37,790 bases of DNA. Source: Kiritimatiellia bacterium (GTDB taxonomy: Bacteria; Verrucomicrobiota; Kiritimatiellia; RFP12; UBA1067). Position 1 is the stretch's first letter, and the number at the start of each line of letters is the position of its first letter. The DNA lies in the NCBI GenBank assembly GCA_017459225.1, contig JAFUDL010000137.1, forward strand, positions 1 to 37,790. Direction: 5' to 3'. Made by a program: the position numbers and the translations under genes. This document shows positions 6,175-13,990 of this stretch, piece after piece. Under the pieces are notes generated by a model. The model ran no database searches. It was not told the DNA's origin and worked only from the letters and a program-made list of their open reading frames with translations.

Positions 6175-8241
6175 ATGGACAGAATGAAAATTCCCGCTAC
6201 TATCGCAGCCGCCACGTTCGCGCTCATCGCGGCGGCGGATGCCTCGTTCGACGACCTCAAGCCCGCCCGGCGCACGGCGCGCGCAGCGTTCGATGCGAGC
6301 GCGCACGTGCTTGAATGCCCAAGCCGCATAGCGTGGGACGGCGACGACGCCTTCGTCTATTCCACGCGCTCGGCCTCCGGCAACGTGCTGCGCCGCTTCG
6401 AGGTGCCGTCGTCGAATCTCGTGGACATCGCCCAGCGCCGCTTCGACGCCGTGCAGCTCCGCTCCGGCAGGTCTCACGAACCTCCAGCCCACCATTTCAT
6501 CGGTCCGTCGGGGGGAGGTCCGCTCGCCTCGCCAGACGGCAAGTGGACCGCATTCGTGCGCGACCACAACGTGTGGATCCGCTCCGATGCCGGCGAATCG
6601 CAGCTTAGCTGGGACGGCTGCGCCGATGACCGCTACATGAGACTTATGTGGAGCCCAGACTCGCGCAAGCTAGCCGCCCTGCGCATCCAGCTCATCAACT
6701 CACGCCAGATCACGCTCGTCGAGAGCCGCCCCTCCGACTCCGTGCATCCCGCAACGCGCAAAATCACATACGAGAAGCCAGGCGATGCCCGTCCTCAGGC
6801 GACGCCCGTTCTCTTCATTCCCTCCGAACGCCGCGCTGTCCCGATCGACCTATCCGACTACGGCAGCCAGTACGAGCTCCATCTCGACTGCTGGTCGCCC
6901 GACTCCTCGTTCTTCACTTTCCTGTACACGCGCCGCGGCTACCAGCTGCACCGCTACTCGGCCGTGGACGCCTCCACAGGACGCGTGCGCACCATCGCCG
7001 AAGAGTCGTCCGACAAATTCGTATTCGTCAACAACCTCCGCCGCTGGTGGTTCGCCGACGGCACGCGCCTTCTCTGGATATCGAGCCGCGACGGCTGGCG
7101 CCACCTCTACATGGTGAACGCGAAGGACGGCTCCGTTACCCAGCTCACCAAGGGCGAATGGAACGTGCGCGAGATGCATCACATCGACGAGGCAGCCGGA
7201 CGCATCTTCTTCTACGCGAACGGCTATGCCGCGGCAAGCGGAGAAGATCCCTACAACAGGCACCTTATGAGCCTCGACCTCGCAACGCGCGCCGTCACGG
7301 ACCTCACCCCCTCCAACGCCGACCACCGAGTGCGCCTCAACCCGTCCGCAACGCGCTTCACCGACTACTGGAGCCGCCCCGACCTGCCGCCGCAATTCGC
7401 CGTGCGCGACGCCGCCGATGGCCATGTAATCGCGAATCTGCCGCCCGTCAACGTATCGTCGCTCAATACGCCCGCATATCCAAAGGGCGAAGTGTTCCAT
7501 GCCAAGGGACGCGACGGCGCCACCGATATCTGGGGCGTCATCTGGCGCCCGTGCAACTTCAATCCGTCAAACCGCTATCCCGTCGTCGAATTCATATACG
7601 CCGGCCCGCACGACTCGCACGTGCCAAAAGATTTCCCCGTGAATCCTCCGCGCGGCATCGAGATGCTTGCGGACGGCTTCGTGGTGGTGCAGATCGACGG
7701 CATGGGCACAGCCAACCGCTCGCGCGCGTTCCACGAGGTGTGCTGGCGAAACCTCAAGGACGCCGGCTTCCCGGACCGCATTCTCTGGATGCACGCTGCC
7801 GCCGAGTCACGTCCGTGGATGGACCTCTCGCGCGTCGGCATCTACGGCTACTCGGCCGGCGGACAGAACGCGCTCGGCGCACTTCTCTTCCATGGCGATT
7901 TCTACCGCTCTGCGGTTGCGCTATGCGGATGCCACGACAACCGCGTGGACAAGATGTGGTGGAACGAGCAGTGGATGGGCTACCCGATCGGACCCTGGTA
8001 CGCCGAGAACTCGAACGTGACGAACGCGCACCGCCTCAAGGGCGACCTGCTGCTCATCAACGGTGAACTGGACGAGAATGTGGATCCCGTTTCGACACTG
8101 CAGGTGGTGGGCGCCCTCGTGAAGGCCAACAAGCGCTTCGAGCAGCTCTATCTGCCCGGCTTTGGCCACAACCTCGGCGACCACTACATCGGCGGCAGAA
8201 TACTCGACTTCTTCCGCCGCACGCTCAAGAAGCAGCGCTAG
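6175..8241 (+). CDS. Secreted dipeptidyl-peptidase IV / prolyl oligopeptidase family S9B serine peptidase
   Basis: In-frame ATG at 6175 within track ORF 5245-8241 gives the signal peptide MDRMKIPATIAAATFALIAAADA. DPPIV_N-like propeller motifs: WSPDSRKLA, WISSRDGWRHLYMV, LTKGEWNV. S9 catalytic triad context: GIYGYSAGGQNA (Ser), NGELDENVD (Asp), GFGHNL (His). Confidence 0.9.
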   Translation: MDRMKIPATIAAATFALIAAADASFDDLKPARRTARAAFDASAHVLECPSRIAWDGDDAFVYSTRSASGNVLRRFEVPSSNLVDIAQRRFDAVQLRSGRSHEPPAHHFIGPSGGGPLASPDGKWTAFVRDHNVWIRSDAGESQLSWDGCADDRYMRLMWSPDSRKLAALRIQLINSRQITLVESRPSDSVHPATRKITYEKPGDARPQATPVLFIPSERRAVPIDLSDYGSQYELHLDCWSPDSSFFTFLYTRRGYQLHRYSAVDASTGRVRTIAEESSDKFVFVNNLRRWWFADGTRLLWISSRDGWRHLYMVNAKDGSVTQLTKGEWNVREMHHIDEAAGRIFFYANGYAAASGEDPYNRHLMSLDLATRAVTDLTPSNADHRVRLNPSATRFTDYWSRPDLPPQFAVRDAADGHVIANLPPVNVSSLNTPAYPKGEVFHAKGRDGATDIWGVIWRPCNFNPSNRYPVVEFIYAGPHDSHVPKDFPVNPPRGIEMLADGFVVVQIDGMGTANRSRAFHEVCWRNLKDAGFPDRILWMHAAAESRPWMDLSRVGIYGYSAGGQNALGALLFHGDFYRSAVALCGCHDNRVDKMWWNEQWMGYPIGPWYAENSNVTNAHRLKGDLLLINGELDENVDPVSTLQVVGALVKANKRFEQLYLPGFGHNLGDHYIGGRILDFFRRTLKKQR

Positions 8242-9134
8242 TCCTTCACAGGCAAGACCGTCATCGTGGAGAGTCGCTTCCCCGCCGGCGAGTAGCTCCA
8301 CACAATCTTCTTGTCGCGCGTAACCTCGAACGCGGTCGCACGGTCGCCCTTCTCCGTGCCATTTGCATATGTGCCAATCACGAGATTTCCGTTCGGCCTC
8401 TCGAATATGCCGCAGAGGTTTGCAAGCTTCAGCGCGGGAGCGTCCTCGCACGAGAAGCGCCACACCACCTTGTGGTCGGGCGTGTACTCGGTCACAGCGC
8501 CGAGATGGGAGATGAGCGTGTTGCCGTTCACGCGCCGGAACGCCTCGAAGGCGAGTGCAGGCGTGGGCTGCTCCCAGATGAGTTTGCCCGAGGCATCGTA
8601 CTCGCGCACGATGTTCGCGCCCGAGCAACACACAAGATAAGTGCCCGCCGCGGTGCGGCTCACCATGCGGTAGTGGTGATGCGGCGACGGCATCTTGCCG
8701 TCAGCGCCTCGCGGATCGCCCTTGAACTTCGCCACAACATCCTTCGTGTCGATCTTCATCTCGGTGATGTAGTCTGTGCCGTTCTCCGCAACCACGATGT
8801 TGCCGTTTGAGGCGATGTCGAACCCGTACGTTCCCTCGCGCGGCGCGGGCTTGTAGTAGAGCTCAGTCTTGCCGGTGGCGATCTCGGTGACCCACACATT
8901 GCCGTTGGACCAATACACCTTGCCGCCGCACTTCACCGCGCGGTGGATGTTGCCGCACTTATCCTTCTTCCACGTTACCTTTCCGTCAGGATCGACCATC
9001 CACACGCTTCCTCCACCGCACACGAGCAGCGTCTCGGGTGGACGCCCCCTCAACCGCTCTCCGCCAATCTCCAACGCCTGCGCGGTGATCGCAAGCGCAA
9101 TGCACGCCGCCGATGCCAGAATCATCTTCTTCAT
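8238..9134 (-). CDS. Secreted beta-propeller-like protein of unknown function
   Basis: 298-aa ORF with signal peptide MKKMILASAACIALAITAQA. Repeated short beta-strand blocks (GKVTW, GKVYW, GNIVV, GKLIW, HKVVW, KKIVW) are typical of propeller blades. Its ATG (9134-9132) overlaps the rpoN stop (ATGA). Confidence 0.7.
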   Translation of the reverse strand: MKKMILASAACIALAITAQALEIGGERLRGRPPETLLVCGGGSVWMVDPDGKVTWKKDKCGNIHRAVKCGGKVYWSNGNVWVTEIATGKTELYYKPAPREGTYGFDIASNGNIVVAENGTDYITEMKIDTKDVVAKFKGDPRGADGKMPSPHHHYRMVSRTAAGTYLVCCSGANIVREYDASGKLIWEQPTPALAFEAFRRVNGNTLISHLGAVTEYTPDHKVVWRFSCEDAPALKLANLCGIFERPNGNLVIGTYANGTEKGDRATAFEVTRDKKIVWSYSPAGKRLSTMTVLPVKD

Positions 9135-10630
9135 TGAATCTTCTCCTTTCGTCTTTCCCTTGTGCCGGGGATCTTAAGCTCCTCGCGGTATTTCGCCACG
9201 GTGCGCCGGGCCACCACCACATGCTCCTTCTTGAGAATCTCCACGATGCTCTGGTCTGAGAGAGGCTTTGCGGGATCCTCGCCTTCGATGATGCTGCGGA
9301 TGCGGTTTATCACCGCGGTCTTCGCCACCTCTTCATCGCCGCCTTCGGTAGCCACACCGCGCAAGAAGAACTTGCGCATCTCGATGATTCCCATCGGCGT
9401 GGCCATGTACTTGCCGTTGACGGCGCGAGACACCGTGGAGCTGTGCAGGCCGGTTGCTTCGGCCACCTGGTCCATCGTGAGCGGACGCAGCGCCGAGAGC
9501 GACCTGGCGTCGAAGGCTCGGCTCTGCTCGTTGACGATTGCCTGCGCGATGCGGCGTATGGTCTCCTGACGCTCGGCCATCGAATCCAGTAGACTCTCCG
9601 CCTCGTCAACTGATTTTCTGGCATAGCTGCGTGCCTCCGCGTCTAAGCGGCGGTCGTTCTGCATGCGCCTGTAGTCGCGCGATATCACCACCTTCGGCAG
9701 ATAGCCTTCGGGCACGCGCACCTTCCACGCGCCCGATGCAGTCTGCACCACGTACACCTCGGGCTCAATGTAGATGGAGAGATCCTCGCGCGGCTGGAAT
9801 CCTCGCCCGGGATGGCGTGTTAGCTTGCGAAGTTCGGCAAGAACGTTCGGAAAATCAGCGGCGTCGATTTTCAAGTCCTTCAAGATCGGCTCCATGCGCT
9901 TCGCCATGAGGTCCGGGATGTGACGGTCCACAAGCGCGCGCACCTCGTCCTCCCATGGGGAGTCGTCGAGTTTCTCCATCTGCATGAGCAGGCATTCGCG
10001 CAGGTTGCGTCCGCCGCAGCCAAGCGGATCGAAACGCCCGATCTGCGCGAGAATCGCAAGCACGTGCGCCTCAGTCACCATGCCGCTCGTCATCTGGATG
10101 TCGGGAATCGAGCCGGTGAAATAGCCGTCGTCGTTGATGTTGTACACCAGCGTCTCGGCGAGACGGCGGTCTTCCGTCTTTATGTCCGAAAGCGGTATCT
10201 GCGCAAGAAGATGATCCTGCAGCGTCTCCGTCTTCACCTGGCGGTCGAAGAAGGCCTGGCGGCGCGTCTGCGCGTCGGGATCGACCGCGCCGTTCTCGGA
10301 CGAAGGCTCGAAGTTCTCCATGTTCTTGAGGAACTGGTCGCGGTCCGAATCGTCGGTGGAAAGCGTCTCAATGCCCTGCGGAGTGGAGGGATTGAATTCC
10401 AGCTCCTTCTCCGAGACGCTTCCGCTCACATGCGCCTCGGGAAGCGCGGCGGACATCGGCACCTCCGCCCTCCACTCGATGGACTCAATCGCAGGGTTGA
10501 GGCTCATCTGCCTCTGCAGCTCCGCCCGCAGTTCCGTGATCGGCCTCTGCAGAATCGCCAGCCCCTGCTGCATTTTGGGCGACAGGGTCTGCGTCTGCGT
10601 CTGCCTGGGGAGTAGCTGCTGCTCTAGCAT
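9131..10630 (-). CDS. rpoN: RNA polymerase sigma-54 factor RpoN
   Basis: 499 aa. The N-terminal region I is Gln/Leu-rich (LSPKMQQGLAILQRPITELRAELQ). The core-binding and DNA-binding regions are present, including the C-terminal RpoN box (ARRTVAKYREELKIPGTRERR). Confidence 0.95.
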   Translation of the reverse strand: MLEQQLLPRQTQTQTLSPKMQQGLAILQRPITELRAELQRQMSLNPAIESIEWRAEVPMSAALPEAHVSGSVSEKELEFNPSTPQGIETLSTDDSDRDQFLKNMENFEPSSENGAVDPDAQTRRQAFFDRQVKTETLQDHLLAQIPLSDIKTEDRRLAETLVYNINDDGYFTGSIPDIQMTSGMVTEAHVLAILAQIGRFDPLGCGGRNLRECLLMQMEKLDDSPWEDEVRALVDRHIPDLMAKRMEPILKDLKIDAADFPNVLAELRKLTRHPGRGFQPREDLSIYIEPEVYVVQTASGAWKVRVPEGYLPKVVISRDYRRMQNDRRLDAEARSYARKSVDEAESLLDSMAERQETIRRIAQAIVNEQSRAFDARSLSALRPLTMDQVAEATGLHSSTVSRAVNGKYMATPMGIIEMRKFFLRGVATEGGDEEVAKTAVINRIRSIIEGEDPAKPLSDQSIVEILKKEHVVVARRTVAKYREELKIPGTRERRKEKIQ

Positions 10631-10645
10631 TCGCTTCCGTAAGTG

Positions 10646-13600
10646 CTACTTGATTACGATCCGCGCCATCACGGCGTCGTGGTCGCTCGGATGGACGCCG
10701 TCCGGACGCTCATGGCAAGTGACGTGGCGCAGGACGCGCACGTTGCCCGTGGCGAATACGAAGTCGATAAGGCAGACGTTGCTCGGCCTGTATCCGCTGA
10801 ACGTGTTGACCGGCCCCTCGTGCGGAGTCTCGCTTCTGAGGCGCGTGTCGTAGAGAGTGTGGAGAGCGGCGGATATCGGGTCGGCTATCGTCAGCGGATC
10901 GTCGATGACGGGTCCACCGCCAGCCTCCAGCCGAGCCCTGTCCTCCGCCGGAACATTCTTGTAGTGCGCGTTCATGTCGCCCGTCAGGAAGACTGTCTCG
11001 CCCTGCGAGAGACGACGCATCTCAGCGAGGATCACTCTCATGCCCATCACGCGAGCCTCGTTGCTTATGTGATCGAGATGCGTGTTGTAGTAGCGAAATC
11101 TGCGGCCAGTGCGCTTGTCGCGGAAGAGGCCCCAGGTACAATTGCGCTCGCAGGCGGAGTCCCACGACTTCGAGCCGGGCACGCGGGGCGTCTCGGAGAG
11201 CCAGAACGTGTCCGTGGCGAGGCACTCGAAGCGCGCCTTGCGGTAGTAGATGGACATCGACTCTCCAGCGTCCTCCGGCAGACGCCCGATCCCGACGCGC
11301 CCCCACCCGTCGCCGAGGGCCTCGTCGAGCCACGTCCTCTGGACTGTCGTAAGCTCCTGCATTCCAACGATGTCGAAGGCGCGGTCTCTGATCACCTTCA
11401 GCACGTACGGGAAGCGGTTCGTCCAGAAATGCACGCCCGCGTCGGCCTTGGTGGCACAGCGGACGTTGAACGAAGCGAGGTTGAATGCGTCTTCGCTGTC
11501 GCACTTCTCTGCGATGCCATAGTCGATGTACTGTCCACCGTAGTCCTGATGCGTTGTGGACGCGATCACGTTGTCGCCCTTCTTGAGCGCCTTCGCGGCG
11601 GCGTCAGAGACATTCTGCATCTCGTAGTCGCATGAATATCCGCTGAACGTTCCAGCGAGAACGCCGTTGAACCACACCTTCGTGTCGTCGTCATGGTGCA
11701 ACGAGAGAAGCGGTTCGCCCGGCACGGCGTCTAAAGTCACGTGGCGGCGCAGCCAGATGTTCTTCGTATTCCACTTCGTGCAGACCGCTGCACCGGGCGT
11801 GCCGGACGTACCGAATCCACCCGCGCCCGTCTGCCACCCTGAATCATCGAACTCCGGCTTCTCCCATCCATAGGGCGGATTGGCGAACGTATACTTCCAA
11901 ACGATGTCTGCGGACTTACGCCCCTCCGGCGCGATGACCCTGTATCTCGCCTGCTCTTTGAGCGGCGCATAGAGGCCGGTCTTCGCCTTGTCGCGAGAGG
12001 CGTACTTGCGCCAGATCGCGCCGTCGCGGAGCATGGGCATGAACACGCCGCCGATCACGCTGCGGCCGATGAAGTGAACGTACTTGGAACTGTCGGTCCA
12101 ATACCAGTCGGAGAACGCCACGCGGCTCGGAGTCTCGTTGGCGAAGCGGTAGACGCGGTCGACGATGGCGTCGAAGCACTCGCGGCGGTCGGTGAACGCG
12201 GCGCACCACAGCTCCCAGTCGGTCTTCGTGTAGGGCTTGCGGTTGTCGAGAGGGAGTCCGTACGCATGGGCGAGGCGGCAGTAGGCGTTGGCCTCCGCAT
12301 CAAAGACGGACTCGGGGAAGAGCCCAAGGCCCAGCACCTTGTCCCACACGATGTTGTACTTCATCGACCACGTGCCTGGACGGTCGTAGGCGAGGCGGTA
12401 CGCGCCTTCCGCGCCGCCCTTCGCGGCCTCCATCCACTTCGGCACCATGTCCTTGGCCATCGCCGCGTACTTGGCGGCGACTTCATCGTGGCCGAGCGCC
12501 TTCGCGAGGCGGGCGTAGCAAGCGAGCGCCACAATTGACTTCGCGGCGAGGTTCGCGTTGTGCGCGAGGTGTCCGGCGAAGTCGTCCGTGCAGAGCTGAT
12601 TGCCTGGATCGAAGCCGAACTTCGCGAGATACTCCGCCCACTTCGTGATCGTGGGCCACCAGTACGACGCGAACTCGGCCGTGCCTTCGATCTGCGCGAG
12701 CGCGGCGAGGCAGATGATCATGTTGCCGCTCTCCTCGACCGGCATCAGAAGCGATTCGTCCTTCGACTTCTCGCCGCCGCCGTAGCGCTGCTGGTTGGCG
12801 AGGGGATACTGGCCGAGGTCGTGCGGGGCGAAGGGCCATGGCCAGCGCGGATGCGAGGCGTACACGAGAACGGGCGCGAGCATGGCGCGCATGAGCGTGG
12901 GGCTTGCAAGAAGCATCTGAGGCGACTGCGGATAGAGGATGTCGACGGTGCCGATGCAGCCGTTGGAGTCCTGCTCCTTGGAGAAGTAGAGCGGCTGGTT
13001 GTTGCAGTCCGCCGCAAGCTTGCAGGCGGCGAACGTCTGGCGGTAGGCGAGGCTCGCGAGCTTAGCGTACTTCTCGCCGCCCACCTTCACGAGGTCGGCG
13101 TAGAATTCGGCGTCGAAGGCGTCGAGCCGCTTCATGATCGAGGCGCGTTCGGCCTCGGCCTTCTCGAGCATGGCGGTGAAGGAGAGCCCGTCGCGCCGCC
13201 ACCAGGCAGGAAGGTCTTCGCCGAAGAACTGTATGGCCTTCACGTCATCGTAGGCGAGAAGGAAGTGCGCTTCGCCGGCATTCGCCGCGCTTGGGCCGAC
13301 GAGCCACGCATAGCCCCAGTCGCAGCGGACGTGGTCGCCGCTGTACGAGAGCGGACGCTGCTCGACGCGCCCGATGGACATCGCGGGAAGTCCGGCCACC
13401 GTGCAGCGGTTGGTGACCATCTGCGCCCTGTCGTTGTTCGTCGCGAGGGCGGGGGAGATGGCGGCGTTGAGCTTCCACTTCTTCGCGCCCTCCACGTATG
13501 CGGTCACGTATGTGACGGGACGCGAAAAGACGTCAAGGTCGTCCGTGAGCTTCGCCGTGGAGAAGACGAGCTTCGCCTTGAGCGCGCCTTCGGCGAAGGT

Positions 13601-13891
13601 GCAGATGGTCTGGAGCGGACGCACCTCCACGCCAGTCTGCGGAAGCGCGGGCACGGACTGCGGTTCCAGTCCGCACAGCCGCCACGTCTTCCCATCCGCC
13701 TCGAGCGTCACGGAGATCGGCTGCTTCGCGCCGGTCCAATGCGTCGTCTCCCTCTCCGTGAGCGTATCCGCCGCGCTCCACACGCTGAAGAACGGGTCGC
13801 ACGACACCAGCGGCACGGCCGGCGGACGAAACGCCGCCACCGCGGGAAGCGCCACCACCATTGCCATCTTGACTAAGTTGAGTCTGTTCAT
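10646..13891 (-). CDS. Secreted fusion protein: glutaminase-A-like (DUF5127/DUF4965/DUF1793-type (alpha/alpha)6 glycoside-hydrolase-like) + galactose-binding-like jelly roll + C-terminal endonuclease/exonuclease/phosphatase (EEP) domain
   Basis: Start chosen at ATG 13891 (MNRLNLVKMAMVVALPAVAA signal peptide, GGAA..AGAGAAA upstream) within track ORF 10646-13960. Glutaminase-like motifs: FRPPAVPLVSCDPFFSVWS, LAYDDVKAIQFFGEDL, GTVDILYPQSP, LMPVEESGNMI, DDFAGHLAHNANLA. EEP motifs: FNLASFNVR, IVGMQELT, YNTHLDH, FLTGDMNA, HPSDHDAVMARI. Confidence 0.85.
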   Translation of the reverse strand: MNRLNLVKMAMVVALPAVAAFRPPAVPLVSCDPFFSVWSAADTLTERETTHWTGAKQPISVTLEADGKTWRLCGLEPQSVPALPQTGVEVRPLQTICTFAEGALKAKLVFSTAKLTDDLDVFSRPVTYVTAYVEGAKKWKLNAAISPALATNNDRAQMVTNRCTVAGLPAMSIGRVEQRPLSYSGDHVRCDWGYAWLVGPSAANAGEAHFLLAYDDVKAIQFFGEDLPAWWRRDGLSFTAMLEKAEAERASIMKRLDAFDAEFYADLVKVGGEKYAKLASLAYRQTFAACKLAADCNNQPLYFSKEQDSNGCIGTVDILYPQSPQMLLASPTLMRAMLAPVLVYASHPRWPWPFAPHDLGQYPLANQQRYGGGEKSKDESLLMPVEESGNMIICLAALAQIEGTAEFASYWWPTITKWAEYLAKFGFDPGNQLCTDDFAGHLAHNANLAAKSIVALACYARLAKALGHDEVAAKYAAMAKDMVPKWMEAAKGGAEGAYRLAYDRPGTWSMKYNIVWDKVLGLGLFPESVFDAEANAYCRLAHAYGLPLDNRKPYTKTDWELWCAAFTDRRECFDAIVDRVYRFANETPSRVAFSDWYWTDSSKYVHFIGRSVIGGVFMPMLRDGAIWRKYASRDKAKTGLYAPLKEQARYRVIAPEGRKSADIVWKYTFANPPYGWEKPEFDDSGWQTGAGGFGTSGTPGAAVCTKWNTKNIWLRRHVTLDAVPGEPLLSLHHDDDTKVWFNGVLAGTFSGYSCDYEMQNVSDAAAKALKKGDNVIASTTHQDYGGQYIDYGIAEKCDSEDAFNLASFNVRCATKADAGVHFWTNRFPYVLKVIRDRAFDIVGMQELTTVQRTWLDEALGDGWGRVGIGRLPEDAGESMSIYYRKARFECLATDTFWLSETPRVPGSKSWDSACERNCTWGLFRDKRTGRRFRYYNTHLDHISNEARVMGMRVILAEMRRLSQGETVFLTGDMNAHYKNVPAEDRARLEAGGGPVIDDPLTIADPISAALHTLYDTRLRSETPHEGPVNTFSGYRPSNVCLIDFVFATGNVRVLRHVTCHERPDGVHPSDHDAVMARIVIK

Positions 13892-13927
13892 TTTCTCTAT
13901 TCCTTCGTTGTTGAAACATTGGCGTAT

Positions 13928-13936
13928 ATTATACCA
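13928..13936 (-). promoter_or_regulatory. Extended -10 element TGgTATAAT upstream of the glutaminase-like/EEP gene
   Basis: The minus strand reads gtaTGgTATAATatacgcc, 37 nt upstream of ATG 13891, inside the 99-nt intergenic gap. The -35 is poor. Confidence 0.35.
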
Positions 13937-13990
13937 TACAAAACGCCAACAGTGGCGCATGCGAGAGAGAAGTGGAGCTAGAACACGGCA

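Noticed and set aside
6648-8066. Alternate-frame 472-aa ORF, and other ORFs (6850-7500, 7921-8631), inside or opposite the DPP-IV gene
   Set aside because: They are Arg/Pro-rich nonsense sequences that overlap a CDS with a clear S9 catalytic triad.
13892-13960. Upstream start codons offered by the track for 10646-13960, 15810-21881 (TTG) and 30673-33261
   Set aside because: In each case an internal ATG gives a canonical signal peptide with an SD-like sequence. The extensions also run over the predicted promoter elements (13928-13936, 21852-21881, and the leader upstream of ATG 33162).
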